Shown: piece after piece, positions 1 through 11,483 of the stretch
How the letters are laid out: every line of letters starts with the position of its first letter
Numbering within the stretch: position 1 is the first letter of the stretch
Origin: Octopus bimaculoides
Lineage: Eukaryota
DNA length: 44,932 bases
Assembly (NCBI RefSeq): GCF_001194135.2
Contig: NC_068982.1
Coordinates: forward strand, 41,258,510-41,303,441
Reading direction: 5' to 3'
Position numbers and translations under genes: made by a program
Notes under the pieces: model-generated
What the model saw: the letters and a program-made list of their open reading frames with translations, nothing else
Told to the model about the DNA's origin: nothing
Databases searched by the model: none

Positions 1-26
1 TATATATATATACACACATGCATATA

Positions 27-68
<42 letters not shown>

Positions 69-80
69 TATATGCATATA
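1..80. repeat. (TA)n/(CA)n microsatellite
   Basis: Seen directly. Confidence 0.95.
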
Positions 81-99
81 TGTAGGTTTACTATTTCAG

Positions 100-430
100 A
101 TCAACTCTGCTACGATTCTCACAATTAGGCCAATCATTGGATATGACACCTTCCTCTATTACTTGATTAAGTATCCGAGCGGTAATCCTACTTCACCAGA
201 TATTTTGAGAATCTCTACTGATGGTCCAGTAGCTTTCTCTCACTTTATGTCCTTATTCACTTTATCTACCAAACTACTATCGACTTGAATTGCTGGACCC
301 TCTGTAAGGTCAGAATGAGGTATTCATTCCTTATCCCATGTTTTCTCCATATTCAGCAGCTTCTCATAATAGCACTTCCATGTCACATTGTCTTCCACTG
401 CAATAGTAACTGTGCCTTCATCATTTGAAA
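100..430 (-). mobile_element. Decayed RTE-clade LINE fragment (linker before the RT)
   Basis: Minus-strand conceptual translation with stops and frameshifts: WKCYYEKLLN...DLTEGPAIQVDSSLVDK...ILKISGEVG...EGVISNDW, typical of RTE ORFs. Confidence 0.7.
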
Positions 431-1599
431 TAAACTTCTATCCAATGAGGAAAATTTTCTCTCAACTTATCACTCTCTGAAGTCATTCTCAGACACTTCA
501 TTCTCATCATCATTTTTATGCTCTCATGAGTTAGACAAGATGTATTGAGTTAGTGTTCTTTGGCTGGATGCCTACACAGTACTTTGGGTAAGTGTCTTGT
601 ACCATAGCCCCAGGCTGACCACTGCCTTATGAGTGAATTTGATAGACAGAAACTGTGTGGAAGCCCACTGTGGAAGTACATACACATAGGCACAGATATG
701 TGATAATGGTAAGAAGTTTGCTTCCTACACACATGGTTTCAGCTTTGACTAAAACACAAAAGTACTTAAAGAGCAAGTACTGGAGTTGATTCGTTTGACT
801 AAAAATTCTTCGAGGCAGTGCCCCAGCTTTGACTAAAACGCAAACGAGACCAATAGAATAAGTACCAGGCTTTAGAAAATAGGTATTGAAGTCAATTTGT
901 TTGATTAAAATTCTTCAAGGTGGTGCCCCAGCATGGCGGCAGTCCAACAGCTGAAACAAGTAAAAGATAAGGTATTTTTATTCCAATGGTCTTCATATGA
1001 AACTAACAAAGCCACTGAGCTACAGGACAGATTGTTTATAGGAGGCATAAACAATTGCACAGTGGCTTAAACAACAAAGTGAAAACATGCAGAGACAAAC
1101 ACTCACAAATGTACACACACACACCTCTCTCTCTTTCTCTTTCTCTCACACACACACATACATACACACACATAAAGATAATGGCAGTAGTCTGCAACAG
1201 CAACAGTGTTTTCAAAAATGAGTTTGTAAAAAAGTTTGCTAAATTCATTTGCTGTTAAGGAGTGAAGAATCTCATTAGTTTAGGTTTTCATCCTTCATTT
1301 GACTGCAAACAAAGAAAGGAATGAAATCAAGAAGTGATGTAAGGCGGGGAAGAAGCCAGTGAAAAGTGGGTGTGTAAACTAAATAAAACAAAGAACAGAA
1401 AAGGGAAAGCAGAGAGAACCAAAGTTTTAAGTAAGCCTGAAAGTGGAGAAAAAGAAGTGAAAATAGATTAAGAGAGGAGGGGTTAAGGTGTTGGGGGAGA
1501 GGGAGTAATATCTTTCTTATTTCAGTTTCTTATTGTTTAAACAATCATATCTCTGAAACAGTTTCCCTTTATATACATTCTACAAAAATTCTTTTTATC

Positions 1600-1940
1600 T
1601 TTTGCTTTTGCTCGTTTCAGTCATTAGTCTGTGGCCATGCTGGGGCACCACCTTGAAGAATTTTAGTCAAATGCATCGTCTTCTGTACTTATTTTTGTAA
1701 GTCTGGTACTTATTCTATCTGTCTCTTTTGCTGNNNNNNNNNNNNNNNNNNNNNNNNNNNNNNNNNNNNNNNNNNNNNNNNNNNNNNNNNNNNNNNNNNN
1801 NNNNNNNNNNNNNNNNNNNNNNTTCTGTACTTATTTTTGTAAGTCTGGTACTTATTCTATCTGTCTCTTTTGCTGAACTACTTAGTTATGGGGACATAAA
1901 CACATCAGCACTGGTTGTCAAGCAGTGGAGAACAACACAA

Positions 1941-1972
<32 letters not shown>

Positions 1973-2110
1973 GATGGACTTCTTTCAATTTCCATCTGCC
2001 CAATTCACTCACAAGGCTTTGGTCAGCCCTAGGCTATAGTAGAAGACACCCAGGTTTCCATGCAGTGGGGCCAAAACTGGAAACATGTGGTTGGAAACAA
2101 ACTTCTTACC
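1600..2110 (-). mobile_element. SINE family A copy (reverse) spanning a gap
   Basis: Reverse-complement family motifs on both sides of the N gap. Confidence 0.75.
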
Positions 2111-2254
2111 ACAAAACTTATGATTGTAAGATTGTGGTTTTGATTCCAGGATTGAGCAATGTATTGTGTTCTTGAGTAAAACACTTTATTTCACATTGCT
2201 TTTGTCCACTCAGCTGGCAAAAATGAGTTCCTGCAACTTGCTCAAAGTCCAACC

Positions 2255-2460
2255 CTTGACCTCATCGTGGTGGGAATATTTAATGAGTGAGTATCAGAGC
2301 TATGCCTTCAGGGACTTTGAATCCCTGGTAGGGCCACCCAAGGTGGATAAGTCTGACACCGACGGTGCTAGGGTCACAACCCTGCTAACTGTTGGGCAAT
2401 GGCAAATTCTAGGTGGTGTCTATTCTGAAATCAGGTAGCTTCCTGGTGGCATTGGATTAC
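2255..2460 (+). mobile_element. RTE-like 5' UTR fragment
   Basis: cctcatcgtggtggg...gagctatgcc...ccctggtagggccacccaagg resembles RTE/BovB-type 5' UTR motifs (recalled). It matches the reversed segment at about 6000-6090. Confidence 0.45.
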
Positions 2461-3079
2461 ATCTGTAGGCATCCTGCAGTGAAAATGTGTAACATGAAAA
2501 CGATCTACTACTGGTTGTGTATGGTGGCTTATGTATACAGACAGGAACTATTTTTGTGGACTCTGACCATCCCTTGAAACTCCTATGAGCTCACAATTGC
2601 AGTGAACTAAATAGGAGCTGGCTTAACCCCTTCTGGGTAAATGCAGTTACAAGACAAGACAAAGGATAGAGAATATATGCCAGAAAATCTAGGAAACTGG
2701 CTCTATGAGTGTATATGACTTAAGAAGTTCACCTGTGGTCAAGAAGTTCACCTGACAGCTACATGGCTTCAGGGTCAATCTTATTGCTCAGCACCTTGGG
2801 TGCTTTCTACTATAGCACTGGGCCAACCAGCACTATAGTGGTTAGGGTATTGGACTCATGGTCATAAGATTGTGATTTCAATTCCTGGATCAGGCAACGT
2901 GTTGTGTTCTCAAGCAAAACACTTCATTTCATGTTGTTCCAGTCCACTCAGCTGGCAAAAATGAATAATCCTGTGATGGACTGGTATCACGTCCAGGTGT
3001 GGAATATATACACCATGAAACTGGGAAACTGACCCTTGTGAGTCAGCATGACTCAAGAAGGTAACCTTCACCTTTTACC

Positions 3080-3470
<391 letters not shown>

Positions 3471-3919
3471 AAAATACAAAATATTTCATTTTTTTTTTTT
3501 TACAATTCCTAATGATATTTAATCATAAAATACAATAAAACTTTTTTTCATATACATTGAATGGCTATGGAAGCCCAGTAGAGTAAAATAGGGATCAAAG
3601 GGGTCCATAGGCAAAAAATAATTGAGAAATAGTGCACTAAACCCTTCCCAGTTCAAATATGGACCCAGTCCAATGATACAAAAGGTGAAAGATATTTTTG
3701 TGTATGTGAAGGTGAAAGTCATTAGACAAACAATACCTTTACAGTATTTCTTTATATTTAAGTAAATATCTCGGTTTATTTCTAAATGCAAACCGGAAAT
3801 AGTTTTGTTCGCTAAATGTGAGAACCATTATATGTAAAAACTTTTAAAATTTATGATAAAGAATTGGCTATGATTTTCTTTATATTTCACAATAGATATG
3901 AAATAGTAAAAGTTTCTGA

Positions 3920-4075
3920 TTGTTGGCTGTGTGGTAAAAGTTTACTTGCCAACCATATGGTTCCAGGTTGAGTCCCATTGTGTGGCACCTTGGGCAAATG
4001 ATTTCTACTACAACCTCGGGCCGACCAAAGCCTTGAGAGTTGATTTGGTAGACGGAAGCTGAAAGAAGCCCATTG

Positions 4076-4124
<49 letters not shown>

Positions 4125-4370
4125 ATGTGTGTGTGTGTGTCTCTCTCTCTCTTTGTGTCAGTGTTTGTCCCACTCCCACTGCTTGACAACTGATGATGGT
4201 GTGTTTATGTCCCTGTAACTTAGTGGTTCAGCAAAAGAGACTGATACAATAAATACCAGGCTTTAGATAAATAGAAGTACTGAGGTCTATCCATTTGACT
4301 AAAATTTCTTCAATGCATTGCCCCAGCATGGCTGCAGTCTAATGACTGAAACAAGTAAAATATAAAACAA
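3920..4370 (+). mobile_element. SINE family A copy
   Basis: Head, internal microsatellite and tail all match the reference copy. Confidence 0.8.
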
Positions 4371-4759
4371 AATTTAAATTAGATTAGACATTTTACAAGC
4401 ACAGATCAAAGATAGAAAAAAATGTGCCAAGAACCACCCACGAGAATTGCACCACCTGTCATAATCCAAATCCAGGTGACTTCAATAATCAATACACCAG
4501 AGAACCACAGCAGTAAACTTCACCTGCAAAAATTAATACTCATAAAATGTCATACATATGTAACTTGTCTTTCTTGTCATTTACATAAAAATCTTTGCTT
4601 TGTGGTTGTTTTGTTCAGACTTTTACTTCTCAAGCATATGATTTCAAGTTCAGTTCCACAGTATGGCATTTTACTATAGCCCCTGGCTAACCGAAACCTC
4701 ATGAGTTGTTTTGGTAGAGAGAAACTGAAAGAAGCATGTCAGATTTGTCCACATATTAG

Positions 4760-5145
4760 TTTCAAATTTTGGCACAAGGCCAGCAGTTTCAAGGGAGGGT
4801 CTAAGCTGAGTAAATCAACTTCAATGCCCAACTGGTACTTGTTTTATTAACCCAAAAGAATGAAAAGTAAAGTCAACCCCAGTGACATTTGAACCCAGCA
4901 TGTAAAGATGGATAAAATGTCACTAAACATTTTGCCTGGTGTGCTAACAATTCTTTTCTACTTTGGGCACAAGGCCCAAAATTTTTGGGGAGAGGACCTG
5001 TTGATTACGCAACTGGTACTTAATTTATCAACCCCGAAAGGATGAAAGGCAAAGTCGACCTCGGCAGAATTTGAACTCAGAACGTAAAGACAGACGAAAT
5101 ACCGCTAAGTATTTTACCTGGCATGTTAACGTTTCTACCAGCTTG
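4760..5145 (-). mobile_element. Two tandem SINE family B copies (reverse)
   Basis: ggatgaaaggcaaagtcgacctcggcagaatttgaactcagaac and a diverged neighbour. Confidence 0.75.
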
Positions 5146-5715
5146 CCACTTTATATATGTATACATGTTAAGTGTGAGTGTGCGTATGTTTGTGTCCCTT
5201 TGTGTGATAGTTGTAAAATGATTGTCACTGTCATTTCTGACATTCTGCAAAAAAACAAGTCTAGCCAAGGGAAAATATTACTTTGCTTGGAAACAGATGA
5301 GGGTTGGTGATAAGAAGTGCATCTGGCTGTAGCAAATCTGCCTCAATAAACTCCATCCAACCCATACAAGTGTGGAAAAGTGAAAATTAAAATGTTTATG
5401 GTGGTTGCAGTGATGGTGATAATGATGATTTGTTTTTTTTGTGCTTACTTTAACCTTAGCTGTAGAGATGTCATTTCATGCTATGAGTGAACATAATTTT
5501 TAATTCTGAAATTCTCCAATTGGAACAAGAACCAGCTCACTGAACACTAATAACAGACACTAAAGGAAATGGGTGGATTTATTTAGATTTTTGAATAATG
5601 AAATACTCCATAAATTGAATTAGACACTTTATTATCATAAACTGAGAATGATTAAAAAATGTGCACAGAGCCATTCATCAGAATTGAACCATGGATCTAT
5701 CAGGATGTACTTAAG

Positions 5716-6090
5716 CTCTTCACACCTGATGGAGCATAGGCTGTTAATGACTTTTCTCCACTGTTCTCAACTCTGGCCTGTCCTAAGGTGTGGCCTCTCC
5801 ATACCCACTTGTGCTTCAGGATCTGTTCTTCCATTAGAGAAGGCCTTTTTTCCCAAATCTTGTTGGCTCTGAATTGTCATCATTGCTTCTGTAACTTTGC
5901 TTTTTTCTTTTCTAGATAAGGGTGTTGGTCCTCAGCAAACTCATTTTTATAACTGGGAAGAGGTGGCCTAATTAGTCTAGCCTCTGTCTTTTGACCTCTG
6001 TAACATGGGAGACCCTACCAGGAGCTTGTGCTTCACTGGCATAGTTCATGGGGTCATTGAGAACACAAGCCATCATACCACAACAAGGAC
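5716..6090 (-). mobile_element. Non-autonomous RTE-derived element (5' UTR joined to 3' end)
   Basis: The minus strand begins ccttgttgtggtatgatggcttgtg...ctcctggtagggtctcccatg and ends ...cagcctatgctccatcaggtgtgaagagcttaag, like RTE 5' and 3' termini, with no ORF between. Confidence 0.5.
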
Positions 6091-6127
6091 TGAATTTTGT
6101 GTCAGTCTTTAAATGTAATCTAGATTA

Positions 6128-6535
6128 GGTGCAAGCATGGACATGTAGTAAGAGGTTTGCTTCCCAACCACATGGTTCTAGGTTCAAGCCCTACTGTGTG
6201 AAAACTTGGGTAGGTGTTTTCTACTGTAGACTCAGGCTGTCCAAAGCCTTATATGGTAGACAGAAACTGAGAGAAGCCTGCCACCATATATGTATATATA
6301 TCTATGTGTGTGTGTCTTTTTGTCTGTGTTTGTCCTCACCTACCCACTTGACAACTGGTGTTTGTGTGACTATATCCCTGTAACATAGCAGTTCAGCAAA
6401 AGATACCCATAGAATAAGTACCATAAGTACCAGGCTTAAAAAAAGTATGGGGTTAATTCATTCAACTAAAAATTCATGATGGTGCCCCAACATGGCCACA
6501 GTCTAATGACCGAAACAAGTAAAAGATAAAAGGTA
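6128..6535 (+). mobile_element. SINE family A copy
   Basis: ggtgcaagcatgg...cccaaccacatggttc head; tail ccgaaacaagtaaaagataaaag. Confidence 0.8.
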
Positions 6536-8085
6536 CCATAATTGAGGATTCTCATTTGAGAGATGCAACAGGTAAGCAGTTTGTGTAGTGACGACTTTAT
6601 TAGTGATAATTTGAGTAGATGAAGTATGCAGGGGCAGTTTAGTGCAATGATTAACACAGTTGTCTACATTACAACAGACACATGGTGAACAGTTTTACAC
6701 ACTTTTTTCTGTCTTGGATTCTGCAGTTCCTTTAAACAATATGTTCCATAGCTCCGTAGTTTGGTCAGCTTCATGTGAAGACCAATGAAATAAAAAATAC
6801 GTTACTTGAAAAACAAGTAAGGGAAGGGCATCCAGTCATTAGCTCGATATATCTTGTCTAACCAATTCTAGTACAGATAAAGCAGGCATTAAAACAATGA
6901 TGAGGATGAAGTATCTGAGAATGACTTTGGAAAGAGATAAGTTGAGAGAAAATGGTTCTCAATACAAAACACAAAAATTCTTACAGTAAAAATATCTATG
7001 GTAACATTACAATGTTTATAACGAAAATAACTTTAGCAAATTTTCTTACAGCAAAAATACCTTCCATGAAAGTTAACAACTGGTTCTCATAAAAAAACAA
7101 AAAAACAATTGACATCTGGCTTATGTGGACTGGTGCAAAACACCTCCAGCTCATCTTTAATCATACTATATTAATGGAGTATTATTGGGATGGAAATTAC
7201 TTGATTGTGAGGGATAAACATGGTTCAGTGCATCATTATGATGCTAAGGGGGAAAAATATAAGACAATATTCTCAGCTTCAAAGCTTGTATATTTGTTGG
7301 CACTATTGCAAGCATCACATTTTTGGCAGTATTACAGCCTAGCAGCAGGCCATGGTTTATGTGTTGCATCCAATAATTACTTCCTTTAATATTTTATGCT
7401 TCTTCTGCATTGTCCCACAATTAAAAACATGCCAGTATGTTATATTTTGTATTTGAATATCTAGCTTATCAAATTATACAGAATACTTACAAAGTAATGT
7501 TTTTACAATAACAATGAATAATAAATACAAATGGCAACGTAAGATTCTCACCAATCCCTAATGCATAAGAGTGCATGTGTTGGGAACTAGGTACACATCA
7601 CACTCAACCTGACCTCACATTAGCTTACTTCATCCTTCACAAAACCACCCATTTCTGCTCCTCGTCATCAACAGTCCTACCAGAATACTGGGCCACTATT
7701 GTCTAGTGTACTTTAAATTTATATATGTGCTTTATTATGAGACTTTATCAAAATATACATGTATAATTATAATAAATTAAAGTATAAAGTATAATTAAAG
7801 TAAATTCTATTGAAATAAATTTGACAAAGGATAGTTAATAATATCACCTATTGTTTGTCAACATTAAAAGAAATTTGGAAATTAAGCATGCCCTGCCCCT
7901 GGCTTTACCTGATTTGGGATTATAGCAACAATAAAGTTGACTTCAAGTCAAAGTGGGAAGTTTTCTGCACTGGTGTACAGCCTGCCAATATAGCAGTCAA
8001 ATTTTCCTCAAATCACACCTTACTGTAGAGTTAAATAAGAAAAAGGTATATTGGAAAATGAAGTCCCATATAAATATAGTTGATG

Positions 8086-8117
<32 letters not shown>

Positions 8118-8492
8118 GGTCTAAAAGTGGAAGCAACATGGACATGTTTAAAGATTTTTTATCTCCCACCCCCTTTAATTGGACAGGATAAATATTTTAT
8201 ATTTGTCACATTAAGTGACTTTTATAAAATATTACCAGTTTAAATGTGTATGTCCATCTTATCAAANNNNNNNNNNNNNNNNNNNNNNNNNNNNNNNNNN
8301 NNNNNNNNNNNNNNNNNNNNNNNNNNNNNNNNNNNNNNNNNNNNNNNNNNNNNNNNNNNNNNNNNNNNNNNNNNNNNNNNNNNNNNNNNNNNNNNNNNNN
8401 NNNNNNNNNNNNNNNNNNNNNNNNNNNNNNNNNNNNNNNNNNNNNNNNNNNNNNNNNNNNNNNNNNNNNNNNNNNNNNNNNNNNNNNNNNNN

Positions 8493-8526
<34 letters not shown>

Positions 8527-8738
8527 TAGTTTATGTATATATTAATATTATCTCAGTTTAAAAAACCTTGACAATGTAAATATATTAATAGTTACCATGG
8601 GTAGCAAAAATCACACAAAAAACCACGATATCATACCCATTTTATAGGTAGAGATACCAAGTTAAAGTGATGCATTTTGAGTAGATATGAATAATAACAA
8701 TAAATGGAGCAAAACGCATATAAATAAAAGTTCCTTTT

Positions 8739-8827
8739 ATTCCTACACATGTTTCAAAATATATGTGCACTCTACTCCAAAGAAGTAAGAGCTGCTGGAA
8801 TTCCACATATATTCATCGTCAGAGAAC
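8739..8827 (-). ncRNA. Type I hammerhead ribozyme motif (Penelope/retrozyme-like)
   Basis: Stem I GTTCT (8827-8823) pairs with GGAAT (8743-8739). Core CTGACGA at 8822-8816. Stem II GAATATATGTG/CACATATATTT with an inner hairpin. GAAA at 8755-8752. Stem III ACA-TG-TGT, self-complementary as a dimer. Cleavage triplet GUA, predicted cut between 8744 and 8743. Confidence 0.8.
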
Positions 8828-8919
8828 CAACATATAGAAGCAAGACAAATGTGAAATGATGAGGTAACTTACGAGTTATAATATTATAATATTTGTTGGT
8901 TCGCTGACGATGAATATAT

Positions 8920-9679
8920 GTGGTGAAGCATGACCTTCGAACTTTAAGCCTCACAGAGGCAATGACTAGTGACTGAGACCTTTGGAGATATGGTGTGCTT
9001 GAGAAGACCCGGCAAGCCAAGTGAGTGCATAATCTGTGGCCTCTGCCAGAAGTGTAGACAGCTCACTTATTCGTATCTTTACTTCATTGGACACTAAACT
9101 CTGGTTGCGAAGACCTGTTGAGGCAAGTGAATTGAAATCGAAATCGAACTAAATTCGACGACTGGCACCCGTGCCAACCTCTCCTTCATTGGACACTAAA
9201 CTCTGCTTGCGAAGACCTGTTGGGGCAAGTGAAATCGAAATCATAATTGAACCATATTCGATGACCGGCACCTGTGCCAGTGGAGCACTAACAGCACTGT
9301 CCGAGCATGATCATTGGCAGAGCAGCTTTCTGGCTTCCGTGCTAGTGGCATGTAAATAGCACCATTTGAGCACGGTGCCTTACTGGCACGTTAGAAAATC
9401 ATTCGAGTGAGGTCGTTGCCAGTGCCGCTGGACTGGCTCCTGTGCAGGTGACACGTAAAAAACACCATGTTGAGTGTGGCCGTTGCCAGTACCGCGTGAT
9501 TGGCCCTTATGCCGGTGGCACATAAAAGTGGTTGGCGTTAGGAAGGGCATCCAGCTGTAGAAACTCTGCCAGATCAGATTGGAGCCTGGTGCAGCCATCC
9601 GGTTCACCAGTCTTCAGTCAAATCGTCCAACCCATGCTAGCATGGAAAGCGGACGTTAAAGGATGATGATGATGATGAT
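8920..9679 (+). mobile_element. 5'-truncated RTE LINE 3' end with 3' UTR and (GAT)n tail
   Basis: Translates VVKHDLRTLSLTEAMTSD*DLWRYGVLEKTRQAK*, homologous to the RTE C-terminus at 32284-32630. Ends ccaacccatgctagcatggaaagcggacgttaaaggatgatgat. Has an internal tandem duplication of about 55 bp (about 9085 and 9188). Confidence 0.85.
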
Positions 9680-9979
9680 ATATATATATATACACACACA
9701 CACAGAGAAAAAAAAAGAAGGAAAGAGAGAAAGATAAGGGGCATCTGTCAGTCTCACAGATTATAGAAAGTTCTTGTGGAGGAGGATGACAAGCAACTTC
9801 TGAAATGACTACTCAGTCCAACATGCAACCACAGTTGCAAATATATGTTTTTTGCTGTTTCAAAGCTATTTTTATATCATGCAAAAACCAATCATAAGTA
9901 AAAAAGAAAAAGAAAGGAAAACAGATTAAAAAATAGCAACATTTTTATATTGTTTTCAATTTTTTTAAATATTTTTCAC

Positions 9980-9985
9980 TTTATT
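9980..9985 (-). promoter_or_regulatory. Candidate proximal poly(A) signal AATAAA for TAPT1
   Basis: AATAAA about 325 nt past the stop, with a U-rich tract downstream on the minus strand. The motif is common in AT-rich DNA, so this is weak. Confidence 0.3.
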
Positions 9986-10309
9986 TGGAAAATAATCTTT
10001 AAATACAATTTTTTAAACTTTTTTTTTTTTAATTATAATTATTGGGAAATTAAGTTAAAAATCCACTTTAAAGTCTGCAGAATATTCAACTTTGTTGGCA
10101 TGTATTTCCATTGAAATCTTTTAAGGAAATGTTGAACATTTGTACCCATAAACTTAACACACTACCATACACGCACAAGTAATGAGTTTTAGTCAGAGGA
10201 AAAGGAGAAGGAGGAGGTGTTGGTGTAGTGGTGGTGGAGGTGGTGATAGTCATAGTGTTAATGAAATTGAAACAACTAGAACGTCAAACCTGCTAACAGT
10301 TAAATTTTA

Positions 10310-11156
10310 TCATAGCCACCCTTCTTTTGGTAAATGTTGAGTCTTGTCTTCAGAGATTTTATTTAATGTAGCTTCTTGACAAATGTCATCTAGATCCATA
10401 CTGGTAGATTTAGATATTTTTTCAACTGTTGGTGCACTTGATGCTTGCTGACTTTGGTTTTCAAAGAAGACATTTTCATCCACTGTATTTTTTCGTTTTC
10501 TAATAGTGTCCGCCATATAGCGGTTGTCTTCATTATTGGACATGTTCACTACAGGTTTTTCGACAAGCTCTTCAGTGATGCCACTTGGCTGGGACCTAAT
10601 TACAACAGGTGGACTCACTGGTTCCGATTTCATTGGCATTATTGAAGCAGCATTCTCGAAGTCATCATCTTGTAGAGTGTTGACTGCTTTGTCTAATGAA
10701 GCAATCGGCATAGCACCAGCAGGTGGGAACTCGTCCCAATCTCTGCTGCTAGAAATGAAACTACCACATCTACTGCTGGCTTCTGCTGCTGCTGACAGAG
10801 CAGCGGTAAAGGTGGCGGGAGCAAAGACTGTAGTGGGGGCAGTGCTGGTAGTGGGAGTGGTTGGAGTAGGAGGAGGTGTGGAGGGCGTCATAGGAATGCT
10901 ACTGCATGGAGAGTCTTCTGTTTTGTTTGGACAGCTTGTTGAAAGCAAAAGACTACTGATTTTAGTAGGGGTTACAGGAGCAACTGGCACTGAAATTATT
11001 GGTGGAGGTTGCTGTGTGCATTCTGCATTTGGAGATGATGATGGTGGAGGTGTTGAGGACTGTGATGATGGTGGTGGGCCTGATGTGTTTCCATAGATCA
11101 ATTTGTTTGCACGACCGAGAAGTAGCATGGTGTTCAGTACTTTAGTTGATGTCAAA
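10310..11156 (-). CDS. TAPT1: TAPT1 terminal coding exon, 847 nt including TGA (LTSTKVLNTMLLLGRANKL... then a low-complexity tail)
   Basis: cttctttttttag|T acceptor completes TG|T (Cys). The start aligns to human LISLKVLNSIVLLGKS. The frame stays open for 281 codons to TGA at 10310-10312. Confidence 0.92.
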
Positions 11157-11483
11157 CTAAAAAAAGAAGAAATATAAAAACTATGAGTTCATTTACACAA
11201 ACGACTGAAGTATAAGTACTAAAATTTTATTTTATATNNNNNNNNNNNNNNNNNNNNNNNNNNNNNNNNNNNNNNNNNNNNNNNNNNNNNNNNNNNNNNN
11301 NNNNNNNNNNNNNNNNNNNNNNNNNNNNNNNNNNNNNNNNNNNNNNNNNNNNNNNNNNNNNNNNNNNNNNNNNNNNNNNNNNNNNNNNNNNNNNNNNNNN
11401 NNNNNNNNNNNNNNNNNNNNNNNNNNNNNNNNNNNNNNNNNNNNNNNNNNNNNNNNNNNNNNNNNNNNNNNNNNNNNNNNNNN

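Noticed and set aside
1175-1262. Candidate minus-strand exon (tccttaacag|...NEFSKLFYKLIFENTVAVADYCHYLY)
   Set aside because: No recognisable homology, the donor falls in a (GT)n microsatellite, and no partner exons were found.
1681-1875. 53-nt sequence duplicated on both sides of an N gap
   Set aside because: An identical copy flanking a gap is the signature of overlapping contig ends, not a biological duplication.
4400-4530. Good-looking minus-strand acceptor tttttgcag|GTGAAG
   Set aside because: All three frames stop within 14 codons and nothing links it to a gene.
10524-11096. 190-aa plus-strand ORF
   Set aside because: It is the antisense shadow of the low-complexity TAPT1 terminal exon.
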